Shown here: positions 43,773 through 57,555 of the stretch, piece by piece
Layout: every line of letters starts with the position of its first letter
Numbering within the stretch: the first letter of the stretch is position 1
NCBI GenBank assembly: GCA_013239625.1
Contig: MU054220.1
Location: forward strand, 2,541,374-2,605,373
Length of the DNA: 64,000 nt
Origin: Lama guanicoe
Lineage: Eukaryota
Reading direction: 5' to 3'
Position numbers and translations under genes: made by a program
Notes under the pieces: model-generated
What the model was told of the DNA's origin: nothing
What the model saw: only the letters and a program-made list of their open reading frames with translations
Database searches by the model: none

Positions 43773-46700
43773 GGTAGGGGGCTTGGCTGGGCCCTGCCAT
43801 ACTTTTACCCCTTGGACAGTTACTGCCTTTCTCTGGGTCTCAGTTTTCACATCTATAAAATGGGAGAGGTGTTAATAGCCCTAGGGACCTGTCTTCTCCA
43901 AGGATTTTCCAAATGTGTCCTTACCAGGCTGGGGCCAGCAGGGACTAGAGGACATGGGGTGAAGGACCTGTCTCCTTAGGCACTCCAATTTTCTAGGCTT
44001 CTGCCCGGATCCTCCGGGAGGGTGCAAGGCTGGGTGTTTACACTTGGTAGGCAGGCCCTGGGTGGTGGTGAGAAGGTCACCCAAAGTAAACCTGCCCTGT
44101 TTGCCTGGATTGTAAAGGGAAAAATGCTTTGGCACACTCTAACAGGAACTTCTGAGAAATGAAAACATATTCATCCTGGAGATTAGGCTGACTTCCGGGG
44201 CACAGACGGGGCCCTTTGTTTTCTGATGGCTCTTAAAATGGTCTGCATGGCTGCTTTCCCTGGGCCCCACACTGGGCAAGATGCGGAGTCCCTGGGGTGG
44301 CACCCTGCCAGGAGGGTGGGGTGGGCCTCAGATCCCAGCCTCACTCTTCTCCATTCCCTTGGCCAGTGGTTCCTTCCCTGCTCCACTTGGAACCATAAAA
44401 ATACCTGATATTTATTGAGTACTTGTTTTGTGGCAAGCACTCAATTCTTGACTTAAATTATCTCGTTTAATTCTTGGAACAAGCTTGTGAGATAAATATT
44501 GTATTCACTGATTTTGAGGTGGACACTTAGACATCCTTGAAATCAGAATGTGTCTTATAATCAGGAGTATGTTATAGTTGAATGGACAGTGTTTTCTCCT
44601 TCTTAATGCACACAAAAACAATGGTGTAATGTATTGAGGACATCTTAGATCTGATGCAACATGATGTTATTATCATCTCCGGTCTGCAGATGAGAAAACT
44701 GAGGCTCAGAGAGTTTATTTGACTTACCACTCCTTTATTTTGCAGGAAATCAAGGCCTCAAGCCATAGGAGGCTTGCCTTAGGTCAGCCAGGTTCAATGA
44801 GACAAAGATAGGACTGAAATTGGGGCCTCCGGGCTCCTCACCAAGGGCCCTTTCCACTCACCCCAGATGAACTGGGTTTGCTCACTAGGGAGAGGCAGGA
44901 GCAGAGGGGAGGGCCTTCCAGGGCCTTCCTCAGCAGTTAGTGAATCACCAGCCACCCTGCCTTGGAGAAGGGCCTTAAAGATAGATTTTTTCTTCTCTGA
45001 AGACTGAAGTTCCTTAAGGACTAAGAAAGCACTTGTCTGCCTTCCAGCTCCTTTTCCTGGTAATTATTTTAGCTTTTCTTTCCCTGAATTTCTGCTCCAC
45101 TGTCCCATCTTTGGACTGGAAGCAGGCCCGCCCCTTGGCCCTCTGTCTGCCTGCTGCCTGGGGAACAGCTCCACCCGCTTCCTGCTTTGCTCTCAGTTCT
45201 GCTCTGAATTCACCCTTCTTTCTTCTACCTCGAATCACCTGCACCAACTCTGCTTCTGATGCCTCTGTCACCCAGGCTGCTGGCTCCAACTTAGAAGACA
45301 TACATTCAGGCATATAGTCCTCCATCCCCCTTGCTCTATAAGTCTAAAGTGAAGGGAGAAAAATCAACAAGGCAAATCTTTCCTCTTGCCTCCATGAGCC
45401 CTCATGTTGGGGACATTCCTCTGTGAATCCTGCCCCACCTAGGGCTGGCAGAGCTAAAACTGTGGGACTAAGGGGAAGGGCAGGGGTGTGGAAAGTCAGG
45501 GGCTGGACTCTGCCTATGATCTACTGCACTTGCCAAGTAACACCCAACCCCTGCCCCCAAGCCTCGATTTCCCCGGCCTCTAAGCTGGTGAGGCCAAATG
45601 GCTAGTCACCAGGAAGCAGGCAGCACCAGGCTTTTAAATCAAAGGCTTTGCTAAAATGCAACCAGGCACAGTTCAGTTCAGTGGGGACTGATAACCGTCA
45701 AGGTTAAGCCAGGGCTTCAGAGTCTTCCCAGTCAAATGAGGATTTTGGACAGGATAGTCTCTCAAATTCCATCCTACCAGCTCTGAACCGCAATGATCCT
45801 GTCTCCCTCTGCCCAGAAAGCAAATATGGGCCTTGTGTGTGAAGAGCCCATGTGTTCTCTGGGCACCGATTTGGCTGGGAGCTGAGTGTGCCGCCCATAG
45901 TGGTGTGACCCTGCATGCATACATTGAGTGGGTGGATGATCCTGTGCCTGGAGGTGTGGACCTGCGTGTGGGGCTTCTGCCGTTCGTGCACATGTATGAA
46001 CCTCTGGAGGAGAGAGCACCCGTTTACATCTAGGAGCAGGCCCACCCCTCTGTACACGTCCATGCCAGCGCGTGCGGCTGCAAATCTGGTTTCCATCTCC
46101 TTCCAATAGGCAGCTGGGCTGGGGGAGACTGAGTGGAATATTAATTGTGCTTTTGCACGTGGCTGAGCTCCATGAATGTGGTGGTTGGAGGGAGCAGCCT
46201 GAAGCTATGTGCGGAATGAGGGGGAAGCCACAGAAGCAGGGTTCCCTGGGGTTTATGGACACCCTTGGGAGGAGGCAGAGCCCTGAGACCCAAAAGGGTG
46301 GGTGGTAGGGGGAAGGAGAGAGTTTCTAAAACTAAGGATCTGGGAACAAGAGAGAAGACACTAACTAGGTTTAGGGCGATTCCGACATTTGCCTCATCCA
46401 GAGCCTGGCATATAGTAGGTGTTCAGTTAGGGTTTGATGAATGAATAGCTGACTGCTTACATGCATGAGAGAGCTCAGATACTCTTACCTGGGAAAAGAT
46501 GGAGGACTGGGTAGGAAGAAGGAAGTGGGCACATTTCAACTACTTACCATGTGCTGGCCACTCTGAGGGTCATTGTCAGGCATTTTATTTTATTTCAAAC
46601 ACACAAAGGCTGAGGAGATAGTATCACCCACTGCACGCACACTACCCCTTCCCCAACTTGTCCCTTTTGAAGGCCCAAGGGAGAATTTTTTTTTACTTCA

Positions 46701-48579
46701 GGGCCCAGAAAAGCTGGCTGCTTCTGAGAGGTGGGTCTATTTTAAATCTAATGGACACTCTGGGTTTTATAGCTCACTGCATTTCCTTCTTTACTTGGAC
46801 TGTCAGGAGGCTCAGAGATGGATTTTCTGGGGCCCAGTTCTTGCAACAGGGTCTCGTGGGGATGCATTGTAGAAACTAACTGCATGCCTGGTTTCATCTT
46901 AGGTTTTTATTCCCCTTTCTCCATATCCTTTCCCCTCTATTAAAAGTCATTTAATTCCATTGTCTATAGGGTTTCTCAATTACCTTTAACAGACCCTGAA
47001 GTGAGACAAGGTGTAAATACAAAAATATTTTTACTTTTATAGATGAAGAAGGTGAGGCTCAGAGAGGTTATGTTATTTGTCCAAATTCACACAGCTATTA
47101 AGCAAGAGAGTTGGGAATTTGATCTTGGGTCTGTTTGACTTAATCTTTTCACTGTGCCAGACTCTAGGACTGGACAAGTTGTGCAGCAATCAGGGGGCTT
47201 TCAGGGAGTTGGGAGGAGTCTGGAGCCTTTGGAGACTCAGGCTTTAACTCTCACTGGCCCTCATCCAAGCTCCCCTTCTTGAACAGCAGGTCCAGGTCGG
47301 GGGTCCCATCGCAGGTCATGCACAAAGAGGCGATCCTATGGGTCCTGGGCATCCCTTGTCTTTAAGGATCAGCCCCAGCCCCCGTAGGGAAGCAGAATAA
47401 ATAGCAAACCAGCAGAGCTGGCCTTGGCAATCGCCAGTTATAGCAAATATATATCCCAGATGCTCCAAGGAACATTTCTGGAGCCTCCAGCACTGAAGGG
47501 CAGACCAGTTCCCTGGAGGAAAGGAATGGATGTGAGCCTAGGGGAGCCGCATTTTTTTCCCAGCTCTATGGCAAGCAAGCACCAAGGATCCAAAATTCAG
47601 GATGAACAGCTCCAATGCTGTGTGTTCTGCACCCTGATCCTTTGCTGTAGCCCTTTGGATCTGTCCACCTGGAGTCTGTCTCCCCCGGGATCCCCTGGAC
47701 AAAGACTTAGGGTTCCCCCCGTTGGGAGGGGCCTTATACTTACCTATTAGTGAATTTATTCCTCACAGGGGCTGGTACCACACAAGTGTTCCACAAACCT
47801 GGGGATTCCTGGGGAAGGCACAGAGGTGAGCCTAATCTAGAGTGGAAGGCGGTGTTGTTCTGAGAGCTGCAGTGGAGAATGACCATCTCAGACAACAGAG
47901 GGGACCCTGGCAGGCAGGCGCAGTGACACCGAGCCAATGAGGTCTCCATTCCTCACCCCGAGGTCTCCCATGTGGGTGCCTTCAGACACCAGCATGCATG
48001 GTCTGGAGGAGAAATAATCATAGAAATAATGATTTTCACAAACTGCCATTTATTGTGGGCCCACTGCCCTTCGATGCTCTGCTCGTTTGCAGTGCGAATC
48101 TCAATCTTCTGCATCTATAAAGGGCTCCTATAAATCAATAAGACAAAGACCAACAATCCAATAAAAATATTGACAAAGAATATGAACAGTGAGTCTGGTA
48201 CGTTTATACAGTACCATTTATCATGTCCTTGGATCTATGCTAAGCACTTCCTCTGCATTTTCTCATTTAAGCCTCAGCACAACCCTTGGAGACAGATATC
48301 ATGATTACCCTGTTTTCCTGAGGCTCAGTGAGGCCAAGTCACTTGTCCAATGTCACACAGTGACTTGGTCTGACTTCATAGTTTGTGCTCCTAAGGTACG
48401 AGTTGGGGATGATAGTCACCATTTACTGGGACCCAAGGCCTCAGGAAAACGTGGCAGGGACTAGGGAGGGACAGCGAGGGAGGGGCAGCCAGCTGAGGTG
48501 GAATCCTCTCTACCCAGCAACTTGGGAAGAAACCTAGAACTCTCAGTATCTAGGTAGAGGGTTTTTTTTTTTTTTTTTG

Positions 48580-49420
48580 GTTTTGGTTTTGTTTTTTAAA
48601 ATCTGTTGAATATACAATACATCACATGACTCAAAAAATAAAAAAGGAGTACAACTAAAAATAATCTTCTTATGCCTACAGCCTACAGAACCACTAAGTT
48701 CCCACCCTTCAACCAACATATAATTAATTTTATTACTTTCTTGGGCATCCTTTGGTGGGGGGGAGGTGTGTGTGTGTGTGCATATATATATTTTCTCTCT
48801 CTCTTTTTTTAACCAAAAGGAGCATATTACATACACTTTCTACATCTTTCCCATACTTTATCTGTTTTGGAGGTCTTCCATATTAGTACGAAGAGGACTT
48901 CCTCATTCTTTTTTTTTTTTCTTAATAGCTGCATAGCTACCCATTGTGTGACTGTAGCATAATATATTTACCTGTCCCCAACTGATGGATGTTTGGATTC
49001 TTTCCAATTTTTTTACTATAACAAACAATGCCATAATGATAACCCTGTTCAAACACTGTGTATCTGTAGGATAAAGTCTCGGAAGTGGGATTGCTGTGTC
49101 AAAAAGAACGTGCATTTGTAATGTTGACAGATACTGTCAAATATTTTATATCAATTTACACCCCCACCAGCAATAATGGCAGTGTCGGTTTCTCTACAGT
49201 CTCTCAGACAGTGGGTATTATCAAACTTTTGAACTGTTTCCTGGTTTGCATTTCTCTTGTCATTAGTCAGGTTGAGGATCTCTTTAGATGTTTATGTTAT
49301 GTTGAACAATTTATGTTTTCTTTTCTGTAGACTCTGTTCATATTTTCTGACTTTTTAAAAATTGGTGGTCGATCTTGTCTTATTGATTTCTAGAAGCTCT
49401 TTATATGTTAGATTGTGGTA
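48580..49420 (-). mobile_element. Old L1 (L1M-type) 3' fragment
   Basis: AT-rich; motifs such as GGAAGTGGGATTGCTGTGTCAAA, TTTACACCCCCACCAGCAAT and TTTGCATTTCTCTTG. Confidence 0.7.
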
Positions 49421-51152
49421 TGATTTGCAGGGATAATGGGGCCACAATTGGCATCCCCTCTGAGAAAGGCTGTGGGGGTGGATTCTTCTCCACACCTCCA
49501 CCCTTCCATCCAAGCCCAGCCTTTTATCAATGAACATTCACCAAGGATCTCTTGAGTGCCAGGTTCAGTTCTTAGGCACTTGAAACCAGAGACGAATATA
49601 CAAAGTTCTCAGGTTGCCTGAGAGGTACCAGATCTGTAATCAGACAGGTTGTGGTCCAGTGTGAGATGAACTGTAGTTCAGGGATTCCAAATGACTGCTT
49701 CAGGAGCCAGTGTGAGGAAGCAATAGCCTCTACTTGTCCAATAGACTGACATCTGTGCCCATGTGGGGCTGGCTCAGAGCTACCAAGGTTTGCCTGCCTC
49801 TCCTCTCCCTGTGGATTCAGCCCTCAGACTCTGATCACAGAAATGCTCTGCTCCAGGAAGATAGCTCCCTCAGTACAGATTTACAGAGTGTTCACCACAC
49901 ACCAGTCTTCTCTGAGCTCATCTTGTCTGCTCTGCCTCCACACAGCCTCCTTCCCTGCCCTACCCTGGTCCTCACCACCAGGTTCTACCCTGTTTTGCAT
50001 TTCTTGCCACCTGTTTTCTAGTGTGCGTTCCTCCATCACTCAGAGGATTGTCATCTGTTTGATGGCAAGATGGGTAGACTTCCCTCTGGGTCCCCTCCTC
50101 TTGGTGCTTAGTATCTGTAGTATCTGATGACACTCAGCAAAGGTTTGTTGGATGATTGATTGTCAGACAGTTTGTTGGATGTTAGGGAACTTGGAAATCA
50201 CGGCTCATCTGAATTGGGGTATGTATGTCAGGGAAGTGAGAATGGCCCACGAGGCTTGGGAAAGGATGGTATGCCATGCCCCAGCATCAGGGCCCAGCCA
50301 GGAAAGGGTTAAGCCTGCCAGAGTTTTGTATATGAAATGGCACCAGAAAAAAAATGTGCAGACTAGCAATTGAGCCCTGTCTCATCCTGGTTCAAATGAC
50401 ATTGTCTGAGCTTCCCCAGCCTTGCCTCTTGCACTAATTACAGACCTTCCCTGGGGAGGAAGACCAGGGCCAGGAGGTCCTCATTACAGGCTCCTTTGCT
50501 GGATGGAGCAAACCCCAATGACCGAACCCAATGACCAAACAAACTCTCTTAAAGAGAGGCCCAAGGGTTCCTCTGAGGCACATCACTGCTGCTGCCTGGT
50601 TGGGAAAGGGTTAAGGAGCAGGCATGGGTTGGAGGGACAAGCCAAAGTGTAATCACAGAGGGCCAGGCTTGGACCCAGGTAGCTGTCCACCAGGGCTGGG
50701 CTCCCTTCTTGTCTCTTGCCCCCCAAAATGGCTGCTGCCAAGGCTGTGTCAGGGCCTCCTTGCTGTGGTCGCCTGCCGGCCGCCTCTCCCTGTGGCCTGT
50801 GGAGACCTTGCCTTCTTTAATCTTCCGTTTATCTCAAGGCCTCGCCCTTCTGAGATTGGCTTTGATGTGGGGCCTGCTCCCAGGGGGGAAATCAAGGGTT
50901 TGGCTGAGGCCTTGTCTGGACTCTGCCCACTGCCCCCCAGCCCAGGCGGGGCCCAGAGGTCTCCCAACCATCAGGACCAGACCCCCAGGGCGACCTCAGC
51001 AGACAGGGTGAGAGCTCTGGGCCTTGACCTTCAGGCAGATGGAGGGGCTGCTGCCTGGGCTCCAAAGTGGAAGAGAGGGCTCAGAAGTAAGAGCTTTGTC
51101 ATCACATTGTGTAATTTATTTTTACATCTGTCTCCCCCAAGAGACTGTGAGC

Positions 51153-51190
51153 ATAATAATAATAGTAACAACAACAACAACAACAATAAC
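51153..51190 (+). repeat. (AAT)/(AAC)n trinucleotide repeat
   Basis: ATAATAATAATAGTAACAACAACAACAACAACAATAAC. Confidence 0.9.
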
Positions 51191-51947
51191 AGTGACAGCA
51201 CTACTGCATGCCAACCAAGTGCCAGGCACGAGGCTAAGCATCTTCCATTAATAACACCATTTAATCCTTACGACTATGTGCTGCAGGAGGAAGGGGTGGA
51301 AACGGAGGATTGTTAATTCATTCACGTTCATGAAATTTATTGAGTTCCTACTACGTGCCAAGCACTGCTCTAAACACTGAGAAAGTAGCAGTGAACAAAA
51401 CAGGCACGTCCCTACCCTTCTATCCTAGGAGGGGAGACCGGTCATCAACAAATGGTCAAATGCACATGGTGTCAGGTTATATAGTGTAAAGATAGGGCCT
51501 TGAAGAAAAAAAAGGTACAGTCCAGAGTGACAGGCCATTGTTTTGGACTCAGTGGTGTCCTTTTCTAAGAGGAGACAGAGACCTGCATGGAAGGAAGGAG
51601 TTAGCCATGTGACTTTGTGGAGAAAGAGTATCTAGGAGAAGGAAGAGAAGGGGGAGAGGGCAGAGGTTGGAGGTTCTTGGTTTGCTCCAGGCATAGCCCG
51701 GAGGCCTCTGGGATGCAGGGTGGACGGTGCTAGAAAGTGAGCTGGGTAGGGGAGCAGGAGCTAGGTCTTACAGGGTTGGCTGAGGAGTCTAGAGTTTATT
51801 CTGGGTGTGACAGGAGCAGCTGGCAGGGTTGAGCAGGAGACCGACTCAAAATGTAAGTGGAGGAGGCTAATGACCAGCTCTGGCTCCCATGGCTAGTCAG
51901 TGGTGAAATCAAGATTGAAATGCAGATTCTGTCTGACTTGAGGGTAA

Positions 51948-52459
51948 TGTCAATGAAAATAATCAATAAGCCATCAATAATAAGAACAGAAGAGAGTTTT
52001 ATTTGAGCCAAACTGCGAACTACAGCCCAGCCTGGAAGCCCGCCTCCCAGATTACATTGAGAAACTGCTCCAGAGAAGCAAAGCAGGGTTTCAGCAGTTT
52101 TATATCTTGTCAGAACCAAGAACGTTAAACAAGTCAGGGATACATTTCTTCAAGGTTTCAAAAGAAACAGACCAGCACGTGCATGTACAGCGCATTCAGT
52201 CTGGCCTTGGCACCTGGGAAGGGAGTTTTATCATCACAGAAGGACCAGCATTGGTGTCCTGGGAAGAGGGGCATTTAATCTTTATTTGTAACATTTACTT
52301 CTGGTCAGTGTGCCCTTTTCTTTAATAATTAAAACAGATATACATTGTATGTTTGATAGGCCACAGATAGGCTGTTTTAGTTAGCATAAAATTCACGTTA
52401 ACTCACGTGTAACTCACGTGACTTCCCCGTACCTCAACATGTGACAATTTCTTTTATCA
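51948..52459 (-). mobile_element. ERV1-type solo LTR (MER41-like, cetartiodactyl type)
   Basis: TG...CA termini, about 510 bp; minus-strand TATAAAA (52098-52104) followed by AATAAA (51998-52003). Family name is from recalled consensus; no clean TSD. Confidence 0.7.
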
Positions 52460-53379
52460 ATAGTCACTGTGCTGTTATCTCCTATGAGGGGCAGGGACTG
52501 TGTCCCGTTTGCCTCAGTGTCCCTCATGCCTAGCAGAGGGCCTGCCACAGACTAAATGCCCAGCAAAGGATTGGTTCTGGCATTTCCACTGACCAGGCAG
52601 TGAGGTTGGGCATGTCATTTCAATCTCTCTGAGTCTCAGTTTGTCCATCTGGAAATGGGGGAGAAACCAATATCTGCCTTATCTGGGGAGCCTCACCTAG
52701 TGGGGGTCCAATGTGACCTGGTGTATGAAAGGACTTTGTGCAGTGGGAAGTGTCAGAAAATGCTCTGCTGTCTGATTCTGTCTGTCCTTGCTCCTGTGAC
52801 GGCTCTTGATGTTGCTGCTTAGGGGCACAAATGTGTCCTTGTGGCTGTCCTACCCCATGGGCATGTCCTGCCCGTGTCGCTGTCTTAGGTATGTGTTTAC
52901 CTGCATGTGTGTCTGTTTACCTGCAGTGACAGCACCTAGAAGGCTGCTGCTTTGGCCAATTGGTCTATGGGAACTTGACCTCCAGACTTCGGGGAGAGGG
53001 AGTGGAAGACATAGAAACAGTGACTTCTCTCCACCCTTCCATATTGGGGTTCTTGGAATTCCCATAGCCCCTTCTACATCCTCTGTCCCAGCTCACAGTG
53101 AAAGGTGTGAGGACTGTCTGTACACTTGTTCTATCCCACCTGCTGGTGGGCTCCAGAGGGCTGGGACGACACCTTGTTCTTTGTACCCCAGGAGCCACAC
53201 AGTGTCTGGTGTAAATAGGTACTTTGTAAGTGATGGATGCATGGATGAGTGGTCCACAGTCCCTGCAATCAGAAGGGCCTGGAGTTATAGGGCTTCTGGA
53301 CTCTACTTTAGCCAAGTCACTGCTCCTATGTGGGCCTCAGTTTCCTCTTGTATAAACAGGGCTTTTGCCTTCATGCGTT

Positions 53380-54050
53380 GATTCATTCATTCACTCACTC
53401 ACGGTCATCTCTTGTGAATGTTACGGTACCATGGTATGTTCTAGGGATACAGATATTCATTAGAGTAAGTGCTGCCCACAAGAATCTGAAAGGTGTCACA
53501 GACGGACTGCAACAACTGCAATGTAAAGTGATAAATATCTTTATGGAGGAAACCAAAGTGGCTCGGAGGGGGGAGGAGTCTGCTCTGCATTTGATGGGAG
53601 GACAGGAAGATTTCACAGAACAGGAGGTTCCTGATGTGGGTCTTGAAGGATGAATAGGTGTTTGCTAGGTGAACAAAAAGAGAAAAAGGCACTCTGGGCA
53701 AAGAGAACATTATGGCAAAAATCCTGGAGGTAAGGCAGAGCCTGGCACCTTTGGGATACTGCTGATGGTTGGGTGTGATGGAAACTTATCAAGGCAGGGA
53801 GGGTGTGGTGAGGTATAGGGCTGGAGAGAGTAGCTGAGAGCAGGATCCTTCAGGGCCTGGTAGGCCCCCTAAGGAATTCTAAGCACCACCCCGAAGGCAA
53901 ATGGGAGACACAGGAAGATTTTTTTTAGAGGAAAATGGCATGATCAGGATCGCATTTTTGATAAACCACTCTGTTGTGGTGTAGACAATAGATTAGAGGC
54001 AAGCAGGACTAGAATCAGCAAGTGGAGTTAGGAGGCTGCTGCTGTTATCT
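53380..54050 (-). mobile_element. Degenerate L2 LINE
   Basis: Begins ATTCATTCATTCA and continues with purine-rich L2 antisense motifs. Confidence 0.55.
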
Positions 54051-56970
54051 CCACCCCCCCACCCTGTGATAAGGTCTGGAGCAAAGTTAACAATGGCTAA
54101 CAGTTAACCAGTGCCTACTAGGTGCCAACCAGGCTCTGTGTTAAACATTTGCAATATTATTGCATTCCATTTTCATGGTTACTCTGGGAGTAGGTGCTAT
54201 TGTAATGACTACCCATGTATTACAGATAGAGGTACAGAGGCTCAGTCACAAGGCTAGTGAGTGGCAGAAGGAAGATGTAAATTCATCTACCCTGACTTCA
54301 GTGACTTCAACACCCAATATTCTGCTCTCTGACGAAGGCAGTGGGTGGAGACAAGGGCTTGGAGTCCACAGCTGGTTAGGAGGTGGGCCCATCAGGACAC
54401 TGGTCAATGGGATCAATAGTGAACCAACCAACTAGATGTGAGGAACCCTGCAGCTATAGGTCTGGGATTCTGGGACAGTGGCCAAGCTTGGGGAGATTCC
54501 AGTGTATCCCTGGTACTCTTACTGTGGGTCTTCACATGGCATGCGGATGTGAGACTGGGCTCCATCAGACGTCTCTCCTGGGGCTGAAGTCATTACTGCC
54601 TTTACCTCTTTCCCTGCAGGAATTCTGGGAAAAGGGGCCCCACCCCACAGTTCAAGCCTTGGGAGAACATTTTTGCAGCCTCCCCTGTCTTTCCAGGACC
54701 CTGCCCCTCACAGTGGGTACTGCTAATGGGTGCATACTGGTGGGTGGGTCAGCTAGCACTGGTCATATCCAGGCCAGGACCTGGTCTTCAATTGCCTGAG
54801 AGTGAGCCAGGGGCCCCATCAACCTGGGTCTTGTGGACTTTCATAGCAGAATGGGGCAGTGTTCCCTGAAGCAGTCTGGCTCCTGGGTCAGAGCCAGGAA
54901 ATGGGATCTGCTTCCTAGTAAGAGGTCTCCAACTGGCAGAGTAGGTTCAGTTTGTGCTTCCTCTCCTGGGTCATAGTTTGAGATGCTGGCCTCCCCACTT
55001 ACCTCTGTGAACTTTTCCAGGCCCTGTATCTGGCTGGGCCAGCTGTGGTCAGGGGACTGGTGGACACTGAACAGTGCTGCTGATTCATGCCCAAGTAGTG
55101 AATGCTGCGGGCTCCATGTGGGGCTTCACTTTGTCCTTCATAAGTCAGGGTGTTGGTTTTCTTTTTTAATAAATAATGCTGAACCTGACTCACAATTCAA
55201 GAGAGGCCACAGCTTGCTCAGAGTCACCAGCATCACCATGGTAACCACATCATCCATGAGCACTTGAAAAGGAAGTTATCAACAGCAACACTGTCTCTTC
55301 CTTCTTACCTCACAGTAGCCCTGGGCTTCTGTAGCTCCCTAACCCTTGGGGCTGGGTGAATGGCCCAGGCCTAGGCCTGGGCTCCCCTAAAAGCAGACAG
55401 TTGAAGTTAGGGACCTGAGGGTCCCACTCATGCTTACCTGCCTGCTGCTTGCACATCCTTCTGGAAAGACCTGAGAAAGTCTCTTTCATGCTGGGGCAGG
55501 TACCAGGGGTAGCCATAAGCCCCCATTTTAAAGCCACAAATCCATAGCTTCAGATCAACTGATCTATAAAATTGTGTGGTGTGTACAGCTGCAGAGATGG
55601 TAAGGCCTAGAATTAAAATGAATGTGTGTATGCTGATAATAATAGTAGCCCTTTATTGAGTGCCTACCACCATGAGTCAGGCAGTGATGCCTTATATACC
55701 TTGTCTCCCTTGCAGTAATTACTTTCCTAGAGGCAATTTTATTAATTCATTAATTTTAATTTGTTCGATGCTAATATCTAGCATCTATTGACTGCTAGAC
55801 ACTGCTAAGCACTAATGTTTATGTTCACATGGGAAGCACTATGATTATCTCCATTTTCCAGATGAGAAAGCTGAGGCTAAGAGAGGTTAAAGAATTTGTC
55901 TGAGGTCACTCAGCTACCAAAGGATGGAACTAAGGTTTGGGTTCAGGTATGTCTGCAGACGTCCTCATTATTTTGCTATCGCCTAAGGCTCAGTTGAGGT
56001 TCAAGCTACCTATTGAGCAGATAGAGGCTCTAAGTTTACCTGGTTTAAGAGACTTTCTCCAAGAACCTTGACTGATATTTTTCCCATCCAAAATAGTTCC
56101 TGATCACCCTCATTAGGGTGAACTAGGGTGACTGAAAGATATGCAGATTCTAGCTAGGCTTTCCAACATCTACTGCATCAGATTTTGTGGTGTGGGCCCT
56201 AAGATTCTGTAAATTAGGCAACTCCTCATGTTGAACTCTAACACTGGAGAATTTAGAGTTGTGACTGGGACCGTGTGTTCTCTGAGACATCTCCAGGGCC
56301 TTGCGCAGGGCAGGGCCCTGAGTAATGGCTCTGATAGCATTTGTTGGATTTGAATGAAAAATGAGTTGGGCCCCATTGAGTCCCCCAAGCCTCTTCATGG
56401 CCAGCCCCTCCCCTAGCTCCTGAGAGTCCATGGTCTTCTCCTACTCACTCCTTACCCCCTACCCCCACCCACTCCTCATGTCCCCACACCATCCTCCACC
56501 ACCCACCCTGATCAGAACTGCCCACTAGGCTCTGCCCACTCCCCTGACTTCCCCTGTAGTGGGAGCAGCAGGGTACACCTGTTGCCAAAAAGCTCCATTT
56601 CTTTTTTTTTTTTTTTTTTGTAAAAACAAACTCAGTCCCATAAGCCAGCTTTCAAGACAGATACTAGCCTGACTCCCTGGCCAAATGACTTTGGTGGGTA
56701 CCCACAGGGTATAGAGCAAAGTTTGGAATCTCTTCCTCTGACAAATTTTAATTATAGAAGAGGCTTATTTATCAGAGCAAAACACCCAAATATCAAGTGA
56801 TAAGCATTGGATCTAGAAGCAGTGCTATACACATATTATGGAATATTAAGCAGCCATTAAAAATTAAGAATTTTGAAGAATATTTAATGATGTGGTAAAA
56901 TGTTCACCAAAAAAAATAAGAAAAAAATACAGAATACAAAACTACATGCCCTGGAAAGATGTTTGTGAAA

Positions 56971-57555
56971 TGTGGCAGAGAGGCCAGTTGTCCCCCAACA
57001 TCAGTTCTCCCCTTTGCCATACTAATAGAAATGCTACTTAGAAAAGATCCTATTTCCCAGGAGCCATGGGACTGAGCTCTGGCTGGTGGAGTATAAGCTG
57101 AAGTGATGCATGTAAGTCCCAGGAAGTGTCCTTTGAGGAGAAGCAGCTCCCTTCTTTGCTTCTTCCTCCTCAAGCAGCTGTCTTGGGTCACAAGTAGGAG
57201 GCACGTGCTGAGGATGGGGAGCCCTTGTTAGAAGGACTCTGGGTCCCTGATGGTCACCGAGCTGCTGTACCAGCCTAGGCTGCTTCCCTCTGGATGACAT
57301 TTATTAGAGAAATTAACAGGTTTAGGGGGGAGGGTATAGCTCAAGTGGAAGAGCTCATCCTTAGCATGCACAAGGTCCTGGGTTCAATCCCCAGTACCTC
57401 CTCTAAAGATAAATAAGCCTAATTACCTCCCCCTTGACAAAATAAAAAAATAATACAATAATAAATAAATTAATTAAATAAAGAAATTAACAGGTTTAAG
57501 CCACTGTTCCTTTGCGTTTTCTGTCAGTTGCAGCTGAAACAATTCTAATCAATAG
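56971..57555 (+). mobile_element. MLT1 (J/I-like) LTR hosting a SINE
   Basis: TGTGGCAGA start; GTTTAAGCCACTG...TTGCAGCTGAA end. Confidence 0.6.
57325..57481 (+). mobile_element. tRNA-derived SINE (Vic-1-like) inserted in an MLT1 LTR
   Basis: GGGGGAGGGTATAGCTCAAGTGG...GGTTCAATCCCCAGTACCTCC; perfect 17-bp TSD AGAAATTAACAGGTTTA at 57308-57324 and 57482-57498. Confidence 0.9.

Noticed and set aside
50624..51316. 230-aa plus-strand ORF with a poly-Asn run
   Set aside because: No recognisable domain. The poly-N comes from an (AAC)n microsatellite and the 3' end runs into MIR-like sequence.
52806..53381. 191-aa plus-strand ORF
   Set aside because: No homology I can recognise, and it overlaps degenerate L2/MIR fragments.
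3427..57481. tRNA-like sequences with A and B boxes (six copies)
   Set aside because: Each is diverged and followed by a shared A-rich tail, mostly with TSDs. They are SINEs, not tRNA genes.
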